Source of the DNA: Clostridia bacterium
GTDB lineage: Bacteria > Bacillota > Clostridia > UMGS1883
Assembly (NCBI GenBank): GCA_045661145.1
Contig: JAZRFC010000075.1
Coordinates: 20,763-84,762, forward strand
Direction: 5' to 3'
Length of the DNA: 64,000 bases
In this document: one piece after another, positions 9,685-19,936 of the stretch
Numbering within the stretch: the stretch's first letter is position 1
Layout of the letters: each line of letters begins with the position of its first letter
The notes under the pieces: generated by a model
Databases searched by the model: none
Told to the model about the DNA's origin: nothing
What the model saw: the letters and a program-made list of their open reading frames with translations, nothing else
Program-made: the position numbers and the translations under genes

Positions 9685-11451
9685 TTACTTTAAGTTGTTC
9701 TTAAGAGTCTCAAGTTCTGCCTTAATTTCTGCAGGAAGTCTGTCACCGAACTGAGCAAAGTATTTCTCCTGGTCAGCTACGTCTTCCATCCATACAGCCT
9801 TGTCTACGCTGAGAAGCTCTTTAAGCTGTGCTTCAGAGATTTCAAGGTCTGTTGTATCGATGTCGCTGATTTCGGGAAGGAAACCGATTTCGCTTTCCTT
9901 AGCGTCTACCTTACCATCACAACGGTCAACAATCCAATTAAGGACACGCATATTGTCGCCGAATCCGGGCCACATGAAGTTACCCTCATCGTCTTTTCTG
10001 AACCAGTTAACGTGGAAAATCTTGGGAGCTTTGTCAGCACCCATCTTTGCACCCATTTCAATCCAATGTGCAAAGTAGTCAGCCATATTGTAACCAACGA
10101 AAGGCTTCATAGCCATGGGGTCACGACGAACAACACCAACAGCACCTGTCGCTGCAGCAGTTGTTTCAGATGCCATTGTAGCACCTACGAATACACCGTG
10201 ATTCCAATCTCTTGCCTGATATACGAGGGGAGCAGTCTTTGCACGACGGCCACCGAATACGATAGCACTAATCGGAACACCCTGGGGATTCTCGAATTCC
10301 TTGGAGATGCAGGGGCAGTTTACTGCAGGAGCAGTAAATCTGGAGTTGGGATGAGCAAGGTTGCCTTCGTATGTCTTGCCGTTAACCTTATTTGCTGTCC
10401 ACTCTGTGCAGTTTTCGGGAGGATTCTTGTCAAGACCTTCCCACCAAACTGTCATATCGTCGTTATTGATAGCAACGTTTGTGAAGATTGTGTTCTTCTT
10501 TGTAGCTGCAAGTGCGTTGAAGTTTGTCTTTTCACTTGTACCGGCAGCAACACCGAAGAAACCTGCTTCGGGGTTAATAGCGTAAAGTCTGCCGTCTTCA
10601 CCGATTCTGCGCCAAGCGATATCGTCACCGATTGTCCAAACTTTGTAGCCCTTTTCTGTAAGATATTCCGGAGGAATAAGCATAGCAAGGTTTGTCTTAC
10701 CGCAAGCAGAGGGGAATGCAGCACAGATGTACTTAACTTCGCCCTGAGGATTCTCAAGACCGAGGATAAGCATATGCTCTGCCATCCAGCCTTCCTTCAT
10801 ACCCTGGTAGGAAGCAATTCTGAGTGCGAAACACTTCTTGCCGAGAAGTACGTTACCGCCGTATGCGGAGTTAACAGACATAATTGTGTTGTCCTGAGGG
10901 AAGTGAACAATATATCTTTCGTCGGGATTTACATCCTTCTTAGCGTGAAGACACTTAACGAAGTCACCGTCAGAGCCAAGAGCATCAAGGACGCTCTTAC
11001 CAACTCTTGTCATGATGTCCATGTTAAGAACAACGTAGATGCTGTCTGTAAGCTCTACACCAATCTTGGAGAAAGGTGAGCCAACGGGACCCATGGAGTA
11101 AGGAATAACATACATTGTTCTGCCTTCCATTGAGCCGTCGTAAAGAGCGTTAAGTTTTGCATACATTTCCTTGGGAGCCATCCAATTGTTGATAGGACCT
11201 GCTTCCTCTTCTGTTTCTGTACAGATGAATGTTCTGTCCTCTACACGAGCTACATCGTTAACAGCTGTTCTGTGATAGTAACAGCCGGGAAGCTTTTCCT
11301 GATTAAGCTTAATCATTTCGCCTGTGGAAACAGCCTCTTCACGGAGAGCCTCGAGCTGCTCTTCGCTGCCGTCAATCCAAACTACGTTCTGAGGACGGCA
11401 AAGTGCTTTCATTTCTTCAAGCCAGGTAAGTACTTTTTTGTTATCTGTCAT
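9685..11451 (-). CDS. pck: Phosphoenolpyruvate carboxykinase (GTP-dependent type)
   Basis: SAYGGNVLLGKKCFALRIAS and AAFPSACGKTNLAMLIP match the kinase-1a/P-loop motifs of GTP-PEPCK. Length is ~588 aa. The start was chosen at MTDNKK; the ORF itself extends to 11469. Confidence 0.88.
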   Translation of the reverse strand: MTDNKKVLTWLEEMKALCRPQNVVWIDGSEEQLEALREEAVSTGEMIKLNQEKLPGCYYHRTAVNDVARVEDRTFICTETEEEAGPINNWMAPKEMYAKLNALYDGSMEGRTMYVIPYSMGPVGSPFSKIGVELTDSIYVVLNMDIMTRVGKSVLDALGSDGDFVKCLHAKKDVNPDERYIVHFPQDNTIMSVNSAYGGNVLLGKKCFALRIASYQGMKEGWMAEHMLILGLENPQGEVKYICAAFPSACGKTNLAMLIPPEYLTEKGYKVWTIGDDIAWRRIGEDGRLYAINPEAGFFGVAAGTSEKTNFNALAATKKNTIFTNVAINNDDMTVWWEGLDKNPPENCTEWTANKVNGKTYEGNLAHPNSRFTAPAVNCPCISKEFENPQGVPISAIVFGGRRAKTAPLVYQARDWNHGVFVGATMASETTAAATGAVGVVRRDPMAMKPFVGYNMADYFAHWIEMGAKMGADKAPKIFHVNWFRKDDEGNFMWPGFGDNMRVLNWIVDRCDGKVDAKESEIGFLPEISDIDTTDLEISEAQLKELLSVDKAVWMEDVADQEKYFAQFGDRLPAEIKAELETLKNNLK

Positions 11452-11586
11452 TTTTATATCTCCTTTCAAAAATCCAATTTTTCCTGTTTATCATTATATA
11501 GTATAAATCGATATTTGTCTACTGTTTTTTTAATTTTTTTGCAAAATAAAATGGCAACCTGATAAATTCATCAAGTTGCCGTATCA

Positions 11587-12441
11587 TTATTTTGAAAAAT
11601 AGTCGCTTAGTTCACAAAACTGCTCTATCGAAAGAGCCTCTCCTCTTACGGTGGGTGAAAGACCTACTGATTCCACAGCTTTTGCAACTTCCTCTTTCGA
11701 GCCAAACACACCGCTTCCTGAAAGAGCATTTACAAGGGTTTTTCTCCTCTGTGAAAAAGCCGCCTTGATAAGCTTGAAGAAAAGCTTTTCATCTCTGGGA
11801 GTTACCGATGGAGTGTCAAGGATTTCCATACTGACAACGGCACTGTCCACCTTGGGTGCAGGGATAAATGCTCCTGCAGGAACGTGCTTTATGATTTCAG
11901 GTCTGGAAAAATACTGTGTAGTTACGGTGATTGCACCGTAATCTTTACTGCCGGGTTTTGCACAAAGTCTCTCGGCAACCTCTTTCTGAATCATTACAAC
12001 AATCTTTTTGAATGGAAGTCTGCTTTCAAGAAGATTCATTATAATGGGAGTTGTTATATAGTATGGGAGATTCGCCGCAACACTTACATCCATTCCCGAA
12101 AACTCGTTTTCCATAAGCTCTTTAAGGTTTACTTTAAGGCAGTCCTCCCATATGAATGATATATTGGAGAAGCCTGCCAGAGTTTCCTCAAGAACTTTCT
12201 CAAGCCTTTTGTCAAGCTCAATGGAAACAACCTTTTCCGTAGTCTGAGCAAGTGCCGCAGTGAGCACACCGAAGCCCGGACCGATTTCTATTACACCACG
12301 GGCATTTTCGCTGACTGCATCTGCCATGGCGAGGGGGACGGATTCATCGGTGATGAAGTTCTGTCCCATACTCTTTGCAAAAGTAAAGCCGTATTTCGAG
12401 CAAAGATATTTAATTATTTTGGGATCTGTAAGGTTATACAT
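11587..12441 (-). CDS. rsmA: 16S rRNA (adenine1518/1519-N6)-dimethyltransferase RsmA/KsgA
   Basis: FAKSMGQNFITDESV is the KsgA N-terminal motif, at 284 aa. Confidence 0.92.
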   Translation of the reverse strand: MYNLTDPKIIKYLCSKYGFTFAKSMGQNFITDESVPLAMADAVSENARGVIEIGPGFGVLTAALAQTTEKVVSIELDKRLEKVLEETLAGFSNISFIWEDCLKVNLKELMENEFSGMDVSVAANLPYYITTPIIMNLLESRLPFKKIVVMIQKEVAERLCAKPGSKDYGAITVTTQYFSRPEIIKHVPAGAFIPAPKVDSAVVSMEILDTPSVTPRDEKLFFKLIKAAFSQRRKTLVNALSGSGVFGSKEEVAKAVESVGLSPTVRGEALSIEQFCELSDYFSK

Positions 12442-13106
12442 TACTTTTCCTCCATTGCCGAAAGTTCAGAAAAACTTTCTATATACATATCGCAGGTTTC
12501 TTTAAGCTCAGGTGTATACTGACGGCTTCTTTCGTCATAGACTCCGCAGACAAGCATACCTGCTCTTTTTGCGGTTTGTGCCGCAGTAATCACATCCTCA
12601 AACACAAGGCACTTTTCGGGAGATACCCCTGCTTTTTGTGCCGCAAGAAGATAAACCTTGACGGAATTTTTCCCCTCGCCCGCTTCGCAGGTATTGGCAA
12701 AACCGTCAAAAAGGTCATATATTCCATTGTTTTTAAGTGCAGGCTTAAAGAAGTATTCAGGGGAGCTTGTGCAAAGCACAATTTTCTTCCCATTATTTTT
12801 AAGATATTCAATAAACTCTTTTACAAAAGGCTTCATCAATACATTGTGGGAATATTCGTGTATTGCCATATCTGTCCATTCCTGCATAAGCTCCTCGGGA
12901 GTATCAGGCAAATTAAAACGGTTTTTCGTATAGTTGGCAATCTCCGAAAAGCTCATTGCGGCAATATTGTGAACATAGTCCTCGGGAACCTTTATTCCAC
13001 GCTTGTTTTCGAGGAACTCGTAATCTATCCTCTCCCATATTCCCAATGAATCCATTATGGTGCCGTCCATATCAAAAACAGCGGCATCAAATGTATTTAA
13101 TTTCAT
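12441..13106 (-). CDS. HAD-superfamily hydrolase (beta-phosphoglucomutase-like subfamily IA)
   Basis: AAVFDMDGTIMDS motif I (DxDGT) and 221 aa. Confidence 0.8.
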   Translation of the reverse strand: MKLNTFDAAVFDMDGTIMDSLGIWERIDYEFLENKRGIKVPEDYVHNIAAMSFSEIANYTKNRFNLPDTPEELMQEWTDMAIHEYSHNVLMKPFVKEFIEYLKNNGKKIVLCTSSPEYFFKPALKNNGIYDLFDGFANTCEAGEGKNSVKVYLLAAQKAGVSPEKCLVFEDVITAAQTAKRAGMLVCGVYDERSRQYTPELKETCDMYIESFSELSAMEEK

Positions 13107-13118
13107 AATATCTCCTCT

Positions 13119-14570
13119 TTATTTTGAATACTGCTGAAGAAGACTATTCTTAACCTGCCACAGTTCGGGGGATAAATCCACATAGTAAGTGTGAGGATTT
13201 TCGAAACGCTTAACTTCGTCCCAGATTGTTTCCACCTGTTCCTTGCAGTATTCACGAATTTCGGAAAGGGTAGGAAGATTTGCCACCTTTTCCCCGTTTT
13301 CAAAAATTTTCACAAGAAGCTTTCTTGCAGTAAAGTTCGTAACCGTCTTACGTTTCCATGTGTGGATAGGGTCAAATATTTCGTAAGGATGGCTACTGTC
13401 TATTTCCTCATTGTGAAGAGTCATAACATCAGCAATTGCCTTGCCCGTTTCATTATCATAAAGTCGGTAAACCTGCTTGAAATCAGGGGTTGTAATTTTT
13501 GCAGGGTTTTCGCTGATTTTGATTTTGGGAACTACTTCACCATTTTCCTCAACACCTACAAGCTTGTACACACCGCCGAAGACGGGCCAGCTTCTTGCGG
13601 TAATAAGCCTTTCACCAACACCGAAAGAGTTAATCTGTGCACCGTGGGAAAGGGTGTCGCGGATGATATATTCATCAAGCGAATTGGATACTACTATACC
13701 GCAATCTTCAAAGCCCTCTTTATCCAATTCCTTGCGTATCTTTTTGGTAAGATAAGTGATGTCACCGCTGTCAATTCGTACTCCCTTGGGTCTGTGTCCC
13801 CTGGGAAGAATTACTTCCTTGAAAACCTTAATTGCATTGGGAAGTCCGCTTTTAAGAACATTGTATGTGTCGATAAGGAGCGTACAACTGTCGGGATAAA
13901 CCTCCGCATATGCCTTGAACGCATCATATTCTGTGGGGAACATCTGCACCCAGCTGTGTGCCATTGTTCCGATAGCAGGGATACCGTAAAGCTCGTCACT
14001 GAGGGTATTTGCAGTACCTACACAGCCCGCAATATATGCAGCCCTTGCTCCTAAGATAGCACTGCTTGCACCGTGCGCACGACGGGAGCCAAATTCCATA
14101 ACTGCTCTACCCTCTGCCGCACGGACAATTCTATTGGTCTTAGTGGCTATAAGTGTCTGATGGTTAACAAGGAGAAGAAGCATCGTTTCAACAAGCTGTG
14201 CCTGAATTGCAGGCCCCTTGACAATTACCAGAGGCTCATTGGGAAATACGGGCGTACCCTCCGGCATTGCCCATACATCGCAGGAAAATTTGAAATTTGC
14301 AAGATAATTAAGAAACTGTTCGTCAAAAAGGTTTCTAGAGCGAAGATATTCTATATCTTCTTTCTCAAATTTAAGGTTTGAAAGATACTCTACTACCTGC
14401 TCCGTTCCTGCCATAATGGCAAATCCTCCGTCATCGGGAACACTGCGGAAATAGAGGTCAAAATAACACACCTTCTCCCCTGTTCCGTTCTTGAAATAGC
14501 CGTTTGCCATAGTAAACTCATAAAAGTCGGCAAGCATTGAGTAATTTTGTTCTTTCAACATAGTAACCAT
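13119..14570 (-). CDS. pncB: Nicotinate phosphoribosyltransferase
   Basis: LADFYEFTMANGYF N-terminus and 483 aa, the typical Firmicute NAPRTase size. Confidence 0.9.
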   Translation of the reverse strand: MVTMLKEQNYSMLADFYEFTMANGYFKNGTGEKVCYFDLYFRSVPDDGGFAIMAGTEQVVEYLSNLKFEKEDIEYLRSRNLFDEQFLNYLANFKFSCDVWAMPEGTPVFPNEPLVIVKGPAIQAQLVETMLLLLVNHQTLIATKTNRIVRAAEGRAVMEFGSRRAHGASSAILGARAAYIAGCVGTANTLSDELYGIPAIGTMAHSWVQMFPTEYDAFKAYAEVYPDSCTLLIDTYNVLKSGLPNAIKVFKEVILPRGHRPKGVRIDSGDITYLTKKIRKELDKEGFEDCGIVVSNSLDEYIIRDTLSHGAQINSFGVGERLITARSWPVFGGVYKLVGVEENGEVVPKIKISENPAKITTPDFKQVYRLYDNETGKAIADVMTLHNEEIDSSHPYEIFDPIHTWKRKTVTNFTARKLLVKIFENGEKVANLPTLSEIREYCKEQVETIWDEVKRFENPHTYYVDLSPELWQVKNSLLQQYSK

Positions 14571-14646
14571 CTCCTGTTTTTTAAAACAGAGTTATTGACA
14601 AAGTCAATAACTCCCCTTCTAACCATAATCCGCCACCTGTAAATTC

Positions 14647-14828
14647 AGGGGATTATTAAGGGGTTTTCCCCTTAATGATAAAATCGCCAAAATCGGGGGC
14701 GTGTACCTCGATTTTGGCTCCTTACAAGGGCTGGCACGGTGAGTGCCGCGCGAGCGTAAGCCCTTTTCTCGAACTGAAATGTTTTATGAAATAAAACTTT
14801 CGGTTCGAAAGGCTGACCTTGTCAGCCG
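14647..14828 (-). repeat. Copy A of a ~180-bp structured intergenic repeat, in inverted orientation
   Basis: The reverse complement aligns to copies B and C through three hairpin modules (details in the findings). Confidence 0.7.
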
Positions 14829-15113
14829 TTAACCGTTCTCAATGGCATCTTCCAGCCAGAATTCTGCAATATCAATTGCCTCAAAAAGGCTTTCACGGGT
14901 TGCTTTCTTGATAACCTTTTCCTTGCCTACTCCCTTGTTGGTGCAGAGGTCTATTGTTACGCTATCCGCAACTTCAAGGTCGCCAACCTTTTTCTTTGAC
15001 TTAATTGTGAAAATGATAATATATTTTTCGCTGAGGTCACCGTAATAAATTGTATCTCCACGGCGTACCATCGGTTTACCCTTATAGGTAAAAAGCTTCT
15101 GTTCTGCTGCCAT
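14829..15113 (-). CDS. Hypothetical small protein (~95 aa)
   Basis: The ORF runs 14829..15149. MAAEQKLFTYKGKPMVRRGDTIYYG... has no recognised family. The start was chosen at the second Met. Confidence 0.5.
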   Translation of the reverse strand: MAAEQKLFTYKGKPMVRRGDTIYYGDLSEKYIIIFTIKSKKKVGDLEVADSVTIDLCTNKGVGKEKVIKKATRESLFEAIDIAEFWLEDAIENG

Positions 15114-15239
15114 TATACTCTCTCCTTTATATAAACAAATAGTTTGCATAATTATTTAGTCTATTCTACCACAAAAGTTTAAAATAGTAAAGTATTTTTT
15201 AATATGTTTCTTCTACGCATATTTTTACCCAAAAAAGTA

Positions 15240-15268
15240 TTGATAATTTTCCCCGATTGTGATATAAT
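15240..15268 (+). promoter_or_regulatory. Sigma-A type promoter of the SRP RNA gene
   Basis: TTGATA, a 17-bp spacer, then TGaTATAAT as an extended -10. Confidence 0.6.
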
Positions 15269-15275
15269 TATAAAG

Positions 15276-15566
15276 CTGTACCGGCCGGGGAGGTAGCGGT
15301 GCCCTGTATCCGCAATCCGCTATAGCGGAGGTTATGTCCCCGATTGAGGCGTTTTTTCAGTACGGCAGGAGCATTTAAGTGGTGTTGACGGTTGGGTCTT
15401 GCGCAATATCGGCCCGTGAACCTTGTCAGGCGGGGAACCGAGCAGCAATAAGCGGTCTCCGGTATGTGCCGCGAGGGTGCCTGACCCGAGCTAACTGAAT
15501 GATTTCCGCGTAGTGAATAACGTCGATTTCGGGGTGTACAGCGAAATGCGGATGGCAATGCCATCC
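15276..15566 (+). ncRNA. ffs: Signal recognition particle RNA (long Bacillus-type scRNA/ffs, ~290 nt)
   Basis: Domain IV motif TCAGGCGGGGAACCGAGCAGC, compared with E. coli TCAGGTCCGGAAGGAAGCAGC. It has GC-rich pairing 5' and 3' ends, a promoter just upstream, and the conserved synteny with dnaX-ybaB-recR found in Bacillus. The ends are approximate. Confidence 0.8.
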
Positions 15567-15690
15567 TTTCGAAGCAAAAGTTTTATTACATAAAAGCATT
15601 TGCTTCGAGAAAAGGGCTTTCGCTCGCGCGGCACTCACCGTGCCAGCCCTTGCAAGGAGTCAAAAACGAGGTACACGCCCCCGTTTTTGA
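15567..15690 (+). repeat. Copy B of the ~180-bp structured repeat (lacks the terminal TTAAGGGG palindrome module)
   Basis: TTTCG, hairpin 2, then GGGCTTTCGCTCGCGCGGCACTCACCGTGCCAGCCC, then CAAGGAGT, then CGAGGTACACGCCCCCG. Confidence 0.7.
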
Positions 15691-15788
15691 TAGATTTTAA
15701 TATGTTTTAAAATAATATTCAAGGGATAAAAACAAATGGTGTTTTATCCCTTTACTTAAATACCAAGTTGTTAAAAGGGGGTATTTGC

Positions 15789-17366
15789 GTGGAGCATCAG
15801 ACTCTTTACAGAAAGTGGCGGCCGAAAACTTTTGACGATGTTGTAGGTCAGCAACACGTTACACAAACCATAAAAAACGAAATAAAGAACAACGTATGCG
15901 GACATGCATTCCTTTTCTGCGGAACACGCGGAACGGGTAAAACCTCCACAGCAAGAATCCTCAGTAAAGCCGTTAACTGTGAAAGCCCCATTGACGGAAA
16001 TCCTTGTAACAAGTGTGCAACCTGTCAGGGAATTGAAAACGGCAGTATAATGGACATTATTGAAATTGATGCCGCAAGCAACAGCGGTGTTGACAATATC
16101 CGTTCCCTCCGTGAAGAAGCGGCATATACAGCCGCCGTTACAAAATACAAAGTGTATATTATCGACGAAGTGCACGCTCTTAGTAAGGATGCGTTCAATG
16201 CCCTGCTGAAGCTTTTGGAAGAGCCCCCTGCTCACGTTAAATTTGTTCTTGCTACGACCGAGGCAAACAAGGTGCTGGGGACAATTTCTTCCCGTTGCCA
16301 ATGCTTTGATTTCAAGAGAATTACTCCCGAAGATATTTATGGCAGACTTGAATATATCTGTAATGCCGAGGGCATTATGGCAGAGGACAAGGCTCTCCGC
16401 ATGATTGCACAGCATGCTGACGGCTCTCTACGTGATGCATTAAGTGCTCTTGAGCCGTGTATTGCTGCAGGCAGAGAGATTGACACGGAATTTGTAGCAG
16501 ATTTTTTGGGCAGAGCCGAAAACCACTCGGCGCTTGAGCTGTGTGGCTGCATTGGCAGAAACGATGCCGCAGGAGTAATAAGCTGTATTGACGATGTTTG
16601 TTCGAGAGGTAAAAACCTCTCTCCGTTCATAGAAACACTTATCCGTGCAATGCGTGATATGCTTGTTATTTCCGTTTCGGGACAATGTAAAAGTGATTTT
16701 GACGAAACTGAATATGAAGCTCTTAAGGAAAGCAGTTCAAACTATTCCACGGAAAAATTGTTATTTGCAATAAAATCCCTTTCTGAAGCTGTTTCGACAG
16801 CAAGATTTATGACAAATCCCAGAGTAGTTTTTGAAGCGGCACTTATTAAACTATGTACAAAGAGCAATGACGGCAGCTACGATGCGCTTCTCAGCAGAAT
16901 TGCAGAGCTTGAAAAAAAGATTGAGAGCGGAAATATTTCCGTAACTCCTGCAAAAACAAAGCCTGCACAGGAAGAAAAATCAGCTCCAAAAGTTGAAGTG
17001 CCTGCCCCCGAGCCTATTCCCGACCTTCCACCCAGCGAATTTTTAAGCAAGATTAAGGGTGCGTGGCCTGAAATCATGACAGACCTGTCCCAGAGCATAC
17101 TGCTCTATACGACGCTTATAAACGTTGAGCTTCGGGAAGAAAACGACAAGTTGGCACTCACATTCCCCGACGATGGAGGAAGAGCAATGCAGGATATGGT
17201 GGCAGAGGGTATTGACCTCATAAACGGAGCAATCAAATCCCACACAGGACTTGATGTACACACGGTAACAAGGTTGCAGAGTGATTTTTCCGCATTTGCA
17301 ACCAAGAAGAAAGAACACGATCCTATGGAAGATATAATGAATCTTCCCATAACAAATATAGAATAA
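15789..17366 (+). CDS. dnaX: DNA polymerase III subunits gamma/tau
   Basis: AAA+ clamp-loader Walker [10 protein letters not shown], with SRP-RNA and ybaB/recR context. The GTG start at 15789 ([11 protein letters not shown]) follows the RBS AAAGGGGG. The ORF-track start is 15768. Confidence 0.92.
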   Translation: MEHQTLYRKWRPKTFDDVVGQQHVTQTIKNEIKNNVCGHAFLFCGTRGTGKTSTARILSKAVNCESPIDGNPCNKCATCQGIENGSIMDIIEIDAASNSGVDNIRSLREEAAYTAAVTKYKVYIIDEVHALSKDAFNALLKLLEEPPAHVKFVLATTEANKVLGTISSRCQCFDFKRITPEDIYGRLEYICNAEGIMAEDKALRMIAQHADGSLRDALSALEPCIAAGREIDTEFVADFLGRAENHSALELCGCIGRNDAAGVISCIDDVCSRGKNLSPFIETLIRAMRDMLVISVSGQCKSDFDETEYEALKESSSNYSTEKLLFAIKSLSEAVSTARFMTNPRVVFEAALIKLCTKSNDGSYDALLSRIAELEKKIESGNISVTPAKTKPAQEEKSAPKVEVPAPEPIPDLPPSEFLSKIKGAWPEIMTDLSQSILLYTTLINVELREENDKLALTFPDDGGRAMQDMVAEGIDLINGAIKSHTGLDVHTVTRLQSDFSAFATKKKEHDPMEDIMNLPITNIE

Positions 17367-17383
17367 GAAAGGATGTTTTAAAT

Positions 17384-17740
17384 ATGGCAAGAGGTGGCGG
17401 ATTTCCCCGTAATATGGGCATGGGCGGTATGGGCAATATGAATAATATGATTAAGCAGGCCCAGAAAATGCAGGAGGAAATGTTAAAGGCACAGGAACAG
17501 CTTAACGAACAGGAATTTGAAGCAAGCGTAGGCGGCGGAGCTGTATCCGTAAAGGCAAACGGCAGAAAAGAGCTTGTTGAACTTACCATTTCTCCTGATG
17601 CAGTTGACCCTGATGATGTTGAGATGCTTCAGGATATGATTGTTTCAGCTGTTAATGAGGTCCTCAGAAAGGCTGATGAAGCTCAGGCAAACAACCTTAA
17701 GGGGCTGACAGGTGGCCTTAACATCCCCGGATTATTCTAA
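17384..17740 (+). CDS. ybaB: Nucleoid-associated protein YbaB/EbfC
   Basis: 118 aa with [19 protein letters not shown], between dnaX and recR. Confidence 0.9.
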   Translation: MARGGGFPRNMGMGGMGNMNNMIKQAQKMQEEMLKAQEQLNEQEFEASVGGGAVSVKANGRKELVELTISPDAVDPDDVEMLQDMIVSAVNEVLRKADEAQANNLKGLTGGLNIPGLF

Positions 17741-17744
17741 TACC

Positions 17745-17924
17745 GGATGCAAAGCATCCTTTCGCAACAAAAGTTTTACTGCGTAAAAGCATTCGTTGCG
17801 AGATTCGGGCTTTCGCTCGCGCGGCACTCACCGTGCCAGCCCGTTCAAGGAGTTAAAATCGAGGTACACGCCCCCGATTTTAACGGATTCAAACATTAAG
17901 GGGAGTTCCCCTTAATAATCCCCC
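17745..17924 (+). repeat. Copy C of the ~180-bp structured repeat (full length)
   Basis: Starts with the hairpin GGATGCAAAGCATCC right after the ybaB stop and ends with TTAAGGGGAGTTCCCCTTAATAATCCCC. Confidence 0.7.
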
Positions 17925-17955
17925 TTGAAAGTTTTTCTCTTAGGAGTTGAATTAA

Positions 17956-18546
17956 ATGTATCCCGTTTCATTACAGGAACTTATTGACGAATTTAATAAA
18001 CTTCCCGGTATTGGTCACAAGAGTGCAGTAAGGCTGGCTTTCCACGTGATGAATATGCCCGAGGAAAAGGTACAGAAATTTATTAACGCTGTAAACAGGG
18101 CAAAAACAAGCGTGCATCTTTGCAGTAAGTGTCAGAATCTTACGGATAAGGATGTATGCGACATTTGTTCATCCGACAAGCGTGACACACATATTATTTG
18201 CGTTATGGAAAGTCCCAAGGACGTTACTGCCCTTGAAAAGACCAGGGAATATAACGGACTTTACCATGTTCTCCACGGAGCAATATCCCCTATGGACGGA
18301 GTCGGTCCAGATGATATTAAGATTAAGGAACTTATTTCCCGTCTTACTCCCGAAGTGACTGAGGTTATTATGGCAACAAACCCCACAGTTGAGGGCGAGG
18401 CTACGGCTATGTACATAGCAAGGCTCTTAAAACCGATGGGGATTACTGTTACAAGAATTGCCCACGGTATCCCCGTAGGCGGTGACATTGAGTATGCCGA
18501 CGAGGTTACTCTAACCCGTGCTATTGAGGGTCGCCGCGAAATATAA
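17956..18546 (+). CDS. recR: Recombination protein RecR
   Basis: [23 protein letters not shown] (HhH), a C4 zinc finger (CSKC...CDIC) and a Toprim region. Confidence 0.93.
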   Translation: MYPVSLQELIDEFNKLPGIGHKSAVRLAFHVMNMPEEKVQKFINAVNRAKTSVHLCSKCQNLTDKDVCDICSSDKRDTHIICVMESPKDVTALEKTREYNGLYHVLHGAISPMDGVGPDDIKIKELISRLTPEVTEVIMATNPTVEGEATAMYIARLLKPMGITVTRIAHGIPVGGDIEYADEVTLTRAIEGRREI

Positions 18547-18721
18547 AAAGCACAAAAAAGGTTATGTGATAACAGACTCACATAACCTTTTTTGCTGTGT
18601 CGCAACAACAGGTATTATACCTGTATTGGTATTATAGCACACAATTTCCAATATTGCAATACATTTGTTATGCATACATTTAAAATATTTATATATATAA
18701 TTGTATTGCAGAGGTGATTTT

Positions 18722-18913
18722 ATGAAAAAATTTAAAATACCATCTATTCCGCCAACAACCAACAAATGTATAAGATTTCCAAACGATATAATTGGTGAAG
18801 TTGAAAAAGCGATTGAGGGGAAAAATTGCACCTTTACTGCCTTTGTTGTAGAAGCGGTAAAAGTTGCTCTGGAAAATATTGAAGATGAAAATAAAGAAAA
18901 TCCGCAAACATAG
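18722..18913 (+). CDS. Small ribbon-helix-helix-like protein (YlcI/YnfO-like, ~63 aa)
   Basis: IRFPNDIIGEVEKAIEGKNCTFTAFVVEAVKVALEN fits a beta-strand plus two helices. The start at MKKFKIP has an upstream GAGGTGA RBS. The ORF extends to 18701. Confidence 0.5.
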   Translation: MKKFKIPSIPPTTNKCIRFPNDIIGEVEKAIEGKNCTFTAFVVEAVKVALENIEDENKENPQT

Positions 18914-18945
18914 TTTGCGGATTTTTTATTTATTTTGCACTCTCG
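18905..18945. terminator. Bidirectional intrinsic terminator between the small RHH ORF and hslO
   Basis: AAATCCGCAAAC/GTTTGCGGATTT hairpin flanked by T-runs. Confidence 0.6.
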
Positions 18946-19811
18946 TAAAGAGATTCTAATTCCTCTTTAGTATATTTATAAATATTATCACAGAAATGGC
19001 AGGTGATTTCAGCTTTGCCGTCTTCCTCTATAATTTTTGTAAGTTCGTCTTTGCCGAGGCTTATGAGTGCACGGTCTGTACGGTCACGGGAGCAATCACA
19101 CTCATATTTAGTAGGAACATTGTCAAAATATTCGATTTCGTAGTCCGAAAGAAGCTGTTCAACTATATCTTCGGGCTTTTTGCCGTTTGAGAGCATCTCC
19201 GTAACGGAAGAAATTGACTGAACAGTTCTTTCCACGTTGTCAATATCCTCATCATAGGCACCGGGACGCACCTGCAGGATAAATCCGCCTGCCGCCTTAA
19301 TCGTATAGTCTACATCAACGAGCACACCAAGAGCAACTGCTGTTGGAAGTTGTTCACTTGTTGCATAGTACTGTGTCAAATCTTCGGCAACCTCACCATT
19401 AACAAGGGGAACCTGCCCTACATACGGCTCTTTAAGCCCGAGATCACGGATAATTCCAAGCATACCGTCACGACCTATTGCACCGCCTACATCAAGCTTA
19501 CCCTTATCATTAAGAGGTAAATCTACAAGGGGATTTCCCACATATCCTTTTACATTGGCATTTCCGTCGCCTACTGCAACAACTTTTCCGATAGGACCTC
19601 CGCCGTTTAACTGAATGGTCAGGCTGTCATCAGCACTTTTAAGCATACTTCCCATAATTGCCGCAGCTGTAAGTGTTCTGCCGAGAGCCGCCGCAGCTGT
19701 TGGTGACATTTTGTGTATTTCCTGAGCACGGTTACAAAGCTCAGTTGTATCGGCTGCTACCACACGGATAGCACCGTTTGAGGTTATTGCGTTAACTATA
19801 TAATCTGCCAT
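18930..19811 (-). CDS. hslO: Redox-regulated chaperone Hsp33
   Basis: 293 aa with a C-terminal zinc centre CDCSRDR...CHFC. Confidence 0.9.
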   Translation of the reverse strand: MADYIVNAITSNGAIRVVAADTTELCNRAQEIHKMSPTAAAALGRTLTAAAIMGSMLKSADDSLTIQLNGGGPIGKVVAVGDGNANVKGYVGNPLVDLPLNDKGKLDVGGAIGRDGMLGIIRDLGLKEPYVGQVPLVNGEVAEDLTQYYATSEQLPTAVALGVLVDVDYTIKAAGGFILQVRPGAYDEDIDNVERTVQSISSVTEMLSNGKKPEDIVEQLLSDYEIEYFDNVPTKYECDCSRDRTDRALISLGKDELTKIIEEDGKAEITCHFCDNIYKYTKEELESLYESAK

Positions 19812-19889
19812 AGTATCACTCCTGCATTTAGTTGATTGTATAATTCTTAACTAAATATACAATTTATATACTTAATTAAAAATTATACA

Positions 19890-19924
19890 AAAGGCAGAGG
19901 CTAAGCCTCTGCCTTTTTGCATAG
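19890..19924 (-). terminator. Intrinsic terminator downstream of rplL
   Basis: AAAAGGCAGAGGCT-AA-GCCTCTGCCTTTTT. Confidence 0.7.
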
Positions 19925-19936
19925 TCAAAACTAAAA

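Noticed and set aside
10012-11079. 355-aa ORF antisense to pck
   Set aside because: It lies entirely inside the strongly supported PEPCK gene on the opposite strand and is Cys/Ser-rich with low complexity. It is a typical antisense artefact. The same applies to 13191..14054 versus pncB, 15771..16415 versus dnaX, and 6941..8062 versus murA/MBL.
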